Source of the DNA: Rhynchobatus australiae
Lineage: Eukaryota
Length of the DNA: 64,000 nucleotides
Assembly (NCBI GenBank): GCA_034780895.1
Contig: JAUZTB010000001.1
Span: 21,767,331 to 21,831,330 of the forward strand
Direction of reading: 5' to 3'
The notes under the pieces are model-generated. The model was not told the DNA's origin and made no database searches. It saw nothing but the letters and a program-made list of their open reading frames with translations. Shown one piece after another: positions 38,991-49,857 of this stretch. The number at the start of each line of letters is the position of its first letter. Position 1 is the first letter of the stretch. Made by a program: the position numbers and the translations under genes.

Positions 38991-40660
38991 TCAACAGATA
39001 ATTACATTTACAGCAGAACAGTGGCTCTACTTTTAAATAAATGATACTTTCTTTATGAAGAGAGTGCCACTGAGAGTGAAAGTGAATGAATTTTGTTAAA
39101 TTATGTACAGAGGGTAAGGCGTTTGCTTGTGTGCATTGTGGTTGTACTTGATGGTGTTCCCCATATATTTCTTGCTTGTGGTACACCTAACCTGCTACCA
39201 TATGCTCTCCTATTTAAAGGACTTGCACAGGTGATTGGCAGTGCTGCCAAGCGATTATTTTTAGGAGTTATGAAAGACCTGCAATCTGTATCAGTGTCTA
39301 ACTGCAATGCATGTGCCTCAGTGCTATAGGTATCTTTTACCTGAATCCTGTAGGCTTATTGCCTTCTGAATTGTGTCGGGCAATGGTGCGGTGCAGAAAT
39401 ATTGCTAATGTATATGCCGATTACCTGCAGCTCTGATAGTCTGCACTGACACTGGTAAGGTGTACTTCAGGGTAAATCAGGGTAAATCTTTTACCATTAG
39501 ATGCCTTAAGCTGCTTTTTATTGAGTCAAGCAATAAATGCATCTTGAAATTAGAATGCCCATTCCTATCAGTGACTTTAGGCTTGTTTGTAAGATGTTTA
39601 TGTTGGGTCTCTGATCTCCTTAACTAAGGACTCCATTGGTGTATAAATCTCCTCAAAGAGAAGTGGCAAAGTGGGTAACTATCCTTCTCTGACATCACTC
39701 CTGTGGAAGCCGTCATCTCTGGTTGGATGATCCTTTCTTTTGGTGGGTAGCCTGATTGGCTGAAATATACTTCTAACAATTAGGATAACCGTCTTGAAGT
39801 AGGAACATTATCCACTTGTATCCTGGTTTTGGACTCCTTCATACTCCACACTATTCAGATTACCCTTCACCTTCCTATGCAGTGAGGAAAGAATTGATTA
39901 ATAGATCTTTTATTCTCTACTAAGTTTCACAACAGGCCAACTGCACAAGGGCACCTAGATGCCAGATCTTCACTCAAGACCAGATGACCTCACTCATCTG
40001 CGATTACTGATGTGCCATTTATCACACTGATTCCTTTAATTCTCCTGAGTTTGTAACTGTGTTCAAAACTGGTGTTAAGGGTTGATAAGAGTGTGTAATA
40101 TTCTCTGGATCTGCATGATAAAAACCAGATCCTCGTTGGTCTCTAAGCAGAGCATACATTTATCCCATATAGTAAGAGTGAATGAGCTTGCTCACATGGT
40201 ATTGTCACTGAAAGGAATCCTCTCTGTTTCCATGTCCTAGTGACCACCATTCACATGGAAGTGAATATAAATAGAAAATTCACTCACATGAACCATTTCA
40301 TTCATTCGTAATGCTCACCCAGGACCCAAGGAGATATTCAGAAATCATTGAACAGCAGGTCCAACAACAAAAAGGTTATTTCCTCTTCCCAAAGGCATTG
40401 GAGCTAATCCTGAACCCTCAATGCCAAGTCAACATGACACAGCCCTGGGTTCAGATCTGAGATCAAACTGAATTTAAATTGTACACCTGATTGAAGACCA
40501 GGTTCAATACGTCCCAAGTTTTGTTTTAGTACTAGAAGATTAACCAGACAACTGGTTGATCATCCTGTTGAATTTCTATGGAGCATTACAATGCTGTATA
40601 CCTAAAGTCTTGCATGAGTAGGGACTTTCCACACTGACAACAGAAGGAGCTCATTTGCAA

Positions 40661-40728
40661 GCAACAAACAACATGCTGGAGGAACTCAGTGGGTCAAGCA
40701 GCATCTGTGTGGGAAAAGGAATTGTCAG
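40661..40728. mobile_element. Penelope-type terminal-repeat fragment
   Basis: tgctggaggaactcagtgggtcaagcagcatctgtg. Confidence 0.7.
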
Positions 40729-41010
40729 AAAGGTTATTTGGTTCATTTAGGCCATGCTAGTTCCACACAGAGCAATCTATTCAGTCCCTGTGTATCCCCC
40801 CCACCCCCATTGCAATTACTGCTCTGAAATCAGGCCAATGGTGTTAATGGAATGGATCTCAGAAATCCACTTCTGTGAAATCTGTGCCATTGACACTCTG
40901 GGGCTGTTTTCAGCATACAAGGTACCGTCACACACCAGAGAACCACTTCAGGCATGAGCAGTTCAACAGTATAGAGGAGGATTTGCTAAAGGACAGTCTG
41001 GAAGTTGGAA

Positions 41011-41140
41011 AGCAAAAATCTGCAGATGCTGTATATCTGAAATAAAATCAGAAAGTCCTAGGGACATGCGTCAGGTCACATAGTCTCTGTGGTGAGAGGA
41101 ATAGAGTTAACCTTTCAGGTTGACAGCCTTTCATCAGACA
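41011..41140. mobile_element. Penelope-type terminal-repeat fragment, left member of an inverted pair
   Basis: ctgcagatgctgtatatctgaaataaaatcagaaa..tttcaggttga. Confidence 0.75.
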
Positions 41141-41641
41141 GCCTAAAAGTGTTTGTTTCAATCATTGGGAGCAAAGAGAAAAAAAAAATCCATTTCTCCC
41201 TCATTTAACACAAATCCCGTACTACAACAACAAAAGAACGTCAGGCCAATTTGTCACATCCACTTAAACTGAGCAGCCATCTCAGTGCAGTAATATAGAT
41301 TTTTAGCACATATATTACTGAAATGAAATGAAAGTAGCCTTTAAATAACAATAACATAAGGAAAGGCATTATGACTCCCCTGATACTTCATTGAGTTTTA
41401 GATGGCAAATAGCTGAATTGTACACACTAGGAAGTGTAAGTCATAGCATGCTCTGTTAGCTGTTCTCAGCCAGTGAAGTGATAGGGCTTCCCTCCCTGCC
41501 TCACTGTGTGGCCTCCTCCACCCCTCCTCACTTTGTTCTTCAATCCCTGGGATAGAGGGCAGAAATTAACCAAGGTCTCTCAAACTTTATAATTAAGAGC
41601 ATTCCCTACAGCTTAACAAGCTTCTTTTAGTCTCCTTCACA

Positions 41642-41763
41642 GTTCTTCAACCTGAAATGTTAGCTTTGTTTATCTTCCCACAGATGCAGCCTGACCTGCT
41701 GAGTATTTCCAGCATTTTCTGCTTTATTTCAGATTTCCAGCATCTGCAGTTCTTTTGACTTTC
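41642..41763. mobile_element. Penelope-type terminal-repeat fragment, right member of an inverted pair
   Basis: tcaacctgaaa..cacagatgcagcctgacctgctgagtatttccagc..tttatttcagatttccagcatctgcag. Confidence 0.8.
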
Positions 41764-41797
41764 ACCTTCCTTTAGTAGTGTTTTTACACGGAGAATC

Positions 41798-41945
41798 TGT
41801 GAGGACAGGATCGGGCTTGACTGTGATGCTCATTGATGCTTATCATCAGGTGTAAGACATGAACAATGATATCTGGGCATGTTATTGGGAACCATCTGAT
41901 TTTACTCCAGCAAGGAGTGAATCTCTTCCATAGAACACGAGTGGG
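41798..41945 (+). mobile_element. AmnSINE2-like 3' fragment
   Basis: gtgaggacaggatcgggcttgactgtgatgc, homologous to 25828-25858. Confidence 0.5.
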
Positions 41946-43574
41946 AAGAAAATCTACTGGAAACTAATCTTAAAAGGAATTTAGTCAAACAACAGCATGC
42001 TTATTTTTGTAAAGTCTATAACTTGATTTCAAAGCATGACTATTATATGCCATGCAACGATGCCAAATATTTTGTCCTTTGGAAATGGAATTATTAATTA
42101 TACATGGGAGCTTAAGGGTTAAGTATTCTGCAACCATAAATACAACAGGACAAAAGAAAGTATAAAAANNNNNNNNNNNGCCTACCTACCCTCTCGCTTT
42201 TTTATCGAAACAATGCAGTGTGTTTTGTAAGTCTTTGCAAATGAGAGTGGGTGGGAGTGAGCTGTGTGCCTTGCCCTTGTCCAGTTTTGGGTCGAAACAA
42301 ATTGATGCTGATGCAATGAAGCTGGCATCTGGTCAACTCTGTGGGATGAGCTTTGCTGCCAGTGCAGTTCCCCAGGTGGTTCTGGGCACTGTAATAGCTG
42401 GTGTAAGAAAGGCAATGGAAACTGATATCCATAGTAGCTACATGTAAAATACTTAACAGCAGCATTATTCTCTCAGATAAATAGGGGATATTCCAGATTA
42501 TTGATGTTTTATTACTTTGCCTGTGCAAGAATCCCTTTCTTCTCCTGCTGACGTTCAGAGGTTTATACAATGCATTACCTAAACGTAGAGCCAAAGAAAA
42601 ATATAGTTCTGATTCTTTTTAATGCAGAGTTAACTCTCACACAAGCTATTTTGTTAAGCAACAGAACTTGGACAAATCTTTTTCATCTTGCTTAGTTGAG
42701 GTCAGTTATGCACCTTCACCGCTAGCTAGACTGAGCCCGCAGAGCAAGGACTGGACTTTCAGTGTGTGCAGTCTTCAGTATAACACCATATTTATCTGTT
42801 GGCCCTTCCTGAAAATTGAACTAAGCAGTGACCTGGGCTTTTCTGCAAAATGCTGATGTTTATATGTGTAACTGTTGGCATTTCCCTAAGTAAATGAAGG
42901 AAAGTTAGGGACTCCCATCTAAGCATGTGGAAACACTGAAATGTTGAAATTCCTCATGGCTTATCATTACACACTGCTGTTATTGTGACGTTGGGACTCC
43001 TCATAAGAGTTTAGCTGTGGAGTATCAACTTCCTGAGTTTCCCAGAAGTTACGTAGGGAAATCTGCTGGCTGCCAGGTGTTTTTGTGTTTTTAATTATGT
43101 TTTAAAATAATTTGATCTTTTTTCCACTAGTACTTTTTTCCCACTGGTACTTTTTAATAGTTCCTTGAATGCTTTTGAATTGTTATGAATGTGAGAAACA
43201 TGCTCAAACATTTAAGTTCCTTGATAGCTTTGACAGACAGTTTACCCTGGAGGTGTGTCTTAACCAGCTGTCAAAGCATTTCATGGGACTTATGATCAGA
43301 AGGCCCTGCACCAATACAGAAACTTTAGGTCAGCTTCATACAGGGTATTCCCAGCAGGTCCAGCAGACAGGGGGGCAACAACTGTGGACAGAGAGCTGCT
43401 TCCAGGAAGTTTGGGCCAAATTTTAAATCAAACTTAAAAACCACTTACTATCTTTATTTCAATGTCAGTCTGAACTTACAATGGAAGTTGTGATTAAAAC
43501 TAAATCCATTCCTCTCCTTGTTGCATTGTATTCCTTTCTCTTAACAGCTGTGCTATTAACAACACAAAAAGACA

Positions 43575-43840
43575 GGTGCTTCAGTCATGCCTGGAACTTC
43601 TTTGGAATAGTGTGTGGTTCAATACAGGACAAACATTGAACTGATCCACCATGGGCATGTAGTTCAATCAGGGTAGTTGGAAAGTGAAGCATCTCAGATG
43701 AGTATGTTAATCTTGACATTTACCCATAATCATTTCCAACCGGAAGTCGGTAGATTACAATCAGCAGTTGGAGCCACAACTAGTTTTGTCTCTTTTCAGA
43801 AAGCAAATACTGAGAACAATTGCAGGGCTTCTGCTACAGT
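43575..43840 (-). mobile_element. AmnSINE2-like fragment
   Basis: Minus strand ctgcaattgttctcag..ctgctgattgtaatctaccgacttccggttggaaatg resembles the middle of the 25612 element. Confidence 0.4.
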
Positions 43841-43894
43841 TAGGACATGAGAAGAATATATCCTACTAACACTGGAATCATCAGCCTGATACGG

Positions 43895-44075
43895 TGGTCA
43901 ATGTCCATTTGATAAATCCTGTTAAGGGAGAGCTAGAGGGCATCAAGGGTGAGAAATGCAATGTTACGAGCAAAAGGCGGGGACGTGGGACTAAACAAAA
44001 TACTCTTTCACATAGTCAGGTACAGTGGGCTGACTTGCCCCCCTCTCTGTTGTAAACTTGCACAATCACGATTGT
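43895..44075 (+). mobile_element. CR1 3'-end fragment
   Basis: aaaggcggggacgtgggactaa..ctctttcacatagtcaggtacagtgggctgact..tctctgttgtaa. Confidence 0.55.
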
Positions 44076-44182
44076 GATGTGATCTCCTACCAAATAAATG
44101 CATGAGTCACCACTGCTTAGATATCCAAAGGCATGTTTAGTGTGGGATGTATCAGAGATGCATCACACTTCTGGATTTCCTT

Positions 44183-44300
44183 ATGGCATAGAAGGAGGCC
44201 ACTCAGCCCATCAAGTCTATACCAGCATCCAGAGCAATCCCATCAATCCCATTCCCCAATTTACTTCCCCATAAACTACCTCTCACTCTTGCTTCTTAAT
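44183..44300 (-). mobile_element. CR1/HE1-type 3' tail fragment
   Basis: gcatagaaggaggccactcagcccatcaagtctataccagc..agagcaatccc. Confidence 0.65.
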
Positions 44301-47300
44301 CTCACCACTCCCTCCCATCATCCCAATTCTCCCAACAACCACTAGACTTCTAATTGAAGTTAGATCAATGCCAGCCAGCAGAGGCCCAGATACCAGTTTG
44401 CTTCAGTTACATTTGAGATAACCCCACCCAACTGAACAATGCCAGACACAAAGTTCTGGAATAGTTGTGCCAGCATTAATAATACAAACAAAAGTTGGCA
44501 CGACTCCAAGGTCAGGTTTAGATTTCTCAAGGAACAGGAAAAAATTGCCATCTTACAACGTGAATTGGGCGACGTTAAGCTTCAGGTTACTTTTTAATGC
44601 GAATAACTTGAAAAGCCAGTTACATTTGAGTTTCAGTATATCACTTTAAAATTGTCTCAGGAGTTGGAACATCATGTGGGTGTAAATCATTTATACTGTA
44701 AGTTCAGTAATACCATTCGTGCTTGGAGAGAATCCATTTGATTGGCATATGTAACTGCTTCGATTTGCAGAGATACTACTACATATAAGAGTGTTTTAGA
44801 TGGTTGTGTCATTTATTGCTGCTTTGGTATTAGGTTGTTTGTTTTCTTCTTCTTCCCTTCTGGCCTACATTTTGTTTTATGGTCCTCTGACGATAAGCAA
44901 CATTTTTCTAATTTTTATCTGGCCTGAGGCTCATGAGGAAAATCATTGCATGTTTGTTTTCTTTGACTTGTAAATGTTCAAGCTGTACATGGCCTGTCTG
45001 TCGACTGAAGGGGCTTCTGCTGCAATCCCACGCTCTTTTACAAATACGTCATCGTAGATCTGTAAGAAGGAAAGCAAATTCTCCCTTTGGCAAGTATTGA
45101 GACCTGACGTAGGGCCAGGAGGGGCCTTGACACAGTGTGCCAATTTTACCCATTCTGCAATTCCTGTGAGCTTGAAAGTGACAAAAGATTTTTCAAGGGG
45201 GAATAGATTTATGCTCTGGTTCAGCTTTTGTTGGCACCTATATGTTCTCTCGTGGTTGGCCAAGGAAAGGGGAAAATTATACAGAGGTCTTCCACCTTTG
45301 CTGCTTAAATTATTTAACCAAGCAGGAACAAGACTCTCTTCTGCGTCTTGAGGAGCTGTGGTTTGTAAAGGCGAAAATCGCTTCATCATGCCAAACTGAA
45401 AGTATGCATAAATTATTTAGTAAAACCTGAGAAAATCTGACTACTCTTGGGGAATCTTCCCTGCCTTCGCTGCTTAAATTTCAGAAGAGTGGGCAATTTT
45501 CTTTTTCTCTTGAAGAAGGCTATGTACGTTTTCAGAGTTTTAGAGCAGATCTGCATCAGCTTAAAAGAAATGTGATAACTGATGTGAGGGATTACTGTGC
45601 AGTTTCATCCAAAAATTAACTGAAATTAACTCTGTTTTAGGGGAACTTGCCTTTTCTTTCTTAAAACATTATTTTCCAAGGTGGAGAATGATTGGGATTT
45701 GTCATCAGAAAAAATTTAAGTGGGGAGGGCTTGTGGGACTGGGAGTGAGATTTTGCAGGAAACTTCAGCGTCATGAGTAATAGCACAACAGTAATTGCTT
45801 ATATTAGCTGAATAGTTTACTGTCATATTTATTTCAGTTTTGTCAATACATTGAACCATGTCAAGCTATCGATTGGAAATAGTGCCCTGGATCCCTTTTG
45901 TTAATGCCATTCTGTCTTTCATATGTATTTGCATTTCCATAAGTCAAAGAATTGTATGAGCGTTAAGGCATAAAAGAAGAAACACAAGAAGAAACAGACT
46001 GAGCAATGGAGGAGGGGAGAATTGAGCCTTATCGTCCTGTAGTATCCTGTGACATAAATTTATCTTCTGCTGGCTATAAGTAGCAGTATCTATCTCCTCC
46101 CCTCCCCAAATATGCACGTTGGATGTGTGCTGTACTTATACTAAGGAACTGAAGAAGCTGCAGACATATAGTGTATTAGATAAGATTCCATATAAAGCTA
46201 ATTACTCCATTCTGAACCTAGTTTTAAACATGTTGTAATAGTAGTGACATGACAAACAAGTCCCTTCTTACAGTACGAGGTTAAATATCTTATATTACTT
46301 ACATGTGATTGCTAGTGCAGTAGATGACACTGACTTAATGAATTACTGACACAACAAAATTCACTTGCTAACCCAGTTTCAAACACAAGCAATATTGTAC
46401 TTTCCCGGCCGATGCTGCAAACGGAATCACGCTGTCTTCGAGGCCGAGAATATGAAATTAAGTATGGAAAATGTGATATGGCTGTATTCCCAGATTCTCT
46501 GTTGCATGCATAAAACAGAATTCTTCTCGACTAGGAGTGCTACCTCCTCTTTTCACACTAAGTGTTCTAGATGGCAAATGCATGACTTCAGCTGACAAAT
46601 GCTTGTCAGTTAGTATGTAAATTATCTGCACAAAGCTATGTAGATACAAAATGCAACAAACTGCACGTAGTAGTGAAAATTGAGACCGAGGCTAAACAAC
46701 AGTATGAGGCTATAGGTCTTTGGTTGNNNNNNNNNNNGGAATGAGCTGCCTCACCATGGTTCACAGTGCTACAGGTTCATAATATTCTGTTTTGATAGAG
46801 TCAACTGCTGTTGTTAGTGCTCAGAGAGCAGAGGTTAGTCACCACAGAATGTAATTTCTTCTGATCTGACAGAACTGCAGATTGCTGCTGTGGGTTTTCC
46901 CTCAGATTTCAGGGAATTGCTTTACGGTGACAAATGATTAGCTGTTATCTCCAACTAAATTTGATTCGTACAAGAAGCTGAGTCAGGTAACTTCTTAATG
47001 TCCGAGGGTTTCTGACAGGAAATGAAAACAGCTTGTTGGTCACATGTGCACACAAAAAAAAATAATCTTCCCTTTCAGAAATAGATTCTGCTTTTTGTTA
47101 ATTGGACACAGGCTTTACCTCAACTCTTCTGTTTTGCTGGAAGTGTCTTTTTTTCCAAGAGACTGGGGTTTGGCCTTGGCAAAAATCCCATCTGTGAGAA
47201 GGTGGGTGGTAAAAGTAGAGGGAGGGGACTGGGGANNNNNNNNNNAAAACTATACTGCAGTCTGCAGGCTATTGTGTTTGAAACTAGTCTGCAATTTCGG

Positions 47301-49014
47301 AAACTGCAAGCTAGAAATATATCTGCTTACCCACATTTGACTCCATTTTCCTTTCAGCTGTAAGTGTTGGTACTCTTGATGTGTGCAGCTGAAATCTCAA
47401 CCTTCAGTTTTAGTGTGGCATTTGTTTTCCTTTGAAGTTTTTTTAAATTTTTTGTTAGTTGAATTTTCTGACACACCAAAGGACATCAACACATCTTGCT
47501 TGGATTCCCTTTTCCTTGATAGATGAATAACATAATTGGCCCTTTTTCTGTTACTTTCCCTAAGTGCTGTTGGGTTTTATTTCACAATCAAGGGCAGGTT
47601 ATAGAATCCACAGATTTATTTGCATGAAAGGATTATGGAGACACCATCCCATCTGTTGCCTACACACTCTGGATTTTCTTTTATACATAAAAATGTGTTA
47701 AAATTCAACATGAATAACACCATGTTGTCTCAGTGAAAAAAATAGCTTCAAGCTTTGTTCAAAATATCAAGATAATCAGAGAAATTGAAGAAAGTGGAGA
47801 AAATACTTTGAATGGGTTGGTGAAGAATATAATCTTTATCTCTGTTAGAGCCAGGGCCTGTGGTTTCTGGTGGAGATCAAACGCCAAAGGCATGACTACT
47901 TTCGTAAAGAAACTATAGTGAACTTTAAGAGCTACATTTTCAAACTTGATAAGCTGTTGAGAAGGAGTCCTTCTCGTTTTGTTAGTCGCCACTAGGTTTC
48001 TGTTGGTTTCCTGTGTTGAAAGAAGCAGCTAACTCTCCTGTACCCACGTAAATGTTTCGCTTTTCCTTTTTTTCTCCCTCTTTGAGGGGGAGAGGAAGAA
48101 TAAAACATTCTAGCTGCCTGACGGTGTCAGATTAAATACTGAGATGGCGACAGGAAGAAGGCTGGAAGGAAAAACAAAAGACAGGGGGGTGAGAGTTATC
48201 AGGTTTTAGGCGGAACGGGATGCTTGTCGGGCTCCAATTTACAGAATCCAAACAGATTTTAGTTGACACAATCTGCAATCATTACTGCCAGAGCACAGCT
48301 AATTAAGAAATTAGCTTCAGCAATTGTTTGCTTGCATCTTATGTGATGAGTAGGTGAATAATGTCTTGCTGCTGATGTACCTAGTGCCAGACATATTCAG
48401 CCACATTAATAAAGTACTGTCTTTTTCTTAGGGAGGGTGTGGGAATATAAAATGTGGTATTTAGTCTTGCTGTAATGACATGTTGGGAAAAACTGAAATA
48501 TTCTGGACTCGTGATCAGTTTTATCCAAATATTTGACTTGCTTTAGGCTGTCAAAACAATGATGATCAGAGAAATGTTAACCCTTGCATTACCTGTAAGG
48601 GAAGATCCAAACACCGTGTTCTTGTAATGGTGCATACATTAATGACCTACCCAATGGATTTGGGGATCTCTCCAGACAGAGACAGATTGGAAATGGTAAT
48701 TTAGAAATCATTTATCTTAAGTTCCTGAAAACCTGCTGTGGTTAACTTCTCGTATGTCAACCTCCATTAAAAGTGTGCCTCTATCTTTAATGTCCTCTAA
48801 TAAAATGTTTGTGATTGATGCTTGTTAAAGGACTATGAATAAACACCTGATTCCATCATAGTCAGTGTCTTCATGAAGGCCTGTTATGAGCTTAAAACTC
48901 ACTTTAAAACCTTTGTCAGAGTATAGGGCAATTCAGAATTCTACACAACTTCTGTACTCGAGCATTGGTCTTCAAGTTTCTGTTACACTGGTGTTCACTC
49001 AATTAGCTTGGAAA

Positions 49015-49194
49015 TCATCAGGTTTCTGAATGGCCCCTGAACCCATGAACGCTGCCTCAATACTCCTTTTTTTTTGCACTGTTTATTTATTTTGCTATTT
49101 ATAGTAATGTTCATCTCTTTGCGCTGTACTGCTGCCGCAAAACAACAAATTTCATGTCATGTAAGTCAGTGGTAGTAAACTTGATTCTGATTCA
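49015..49194 (+). mobile_element. Rex1/Babar-type LINE 3' end
   Basis: atcaggtttctgaatgg (IRFLN), gctgtactgctgccgcaaaacaacaaatttca and terminal gattctgattc repeat. Confidence 0.75.
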
Positions 49195-49682
49195 TGTATT
49201 GTACATCTTGACTGAACCAGTTATGTCATTGGTATGAAAAGAAAACATCAGAAACTATATGCTTTTTAGCCACCTCAGTTAAATGGAATATTAACTTGAC
49301 CTCATTCCCAAACATTACCAACATCTCATGTATGACCATCAAAAGTTTGTCAAATGCCAGTGTTTTATATGTTCTGTGCAATTAAATGCAAATGTTACTT
49401 GTGAAACACTAGCCAGTTACTTCCTTTCTACTCTTTGCAAGTAATTTTGCCGAGGAGAAAACTGGGAAAACTGGTTCAGGAGGAGTTCCTGTCCAGTATA
49501 ACACCAGCCCAAGAGTGGCAACAGTTCTATTTACAGCAAAACTCTAGCAGCATCGAAAAATTCAACCTCATGCGTCAAAGTATAATAAAGTTTGGGCTGG
49601 GATGGCAACATACATCATTTATTTCAACAGTGCTACTCTAAAAATTAATTATTTCTCGTGAGAAATGCAAGGGCGTGAGAGA

Positions 49683-49857
49683 TGATAAGCTTATCTCAAT
49701 TGAGTCTCCTCTGTGCACACGTGCAAACAGGAACCAGTTGAATTTAACCCAGCTTGTTTGGAACCACCTCAGACAGGTTCAATAACAAGTTAGTTAAAAA
49801 TGAAACAGCCCTTTTGTGCATGTGTGCACAGGAGATTTTGTTTAGACGGCTTTATCA
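49683..49857. mobile_element. Degenerate palindromic (MITE-like) element
   Basis: Arms are reverse complementary around a ~10-nt loop at about 49766-49775. Confidence 0.6.
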
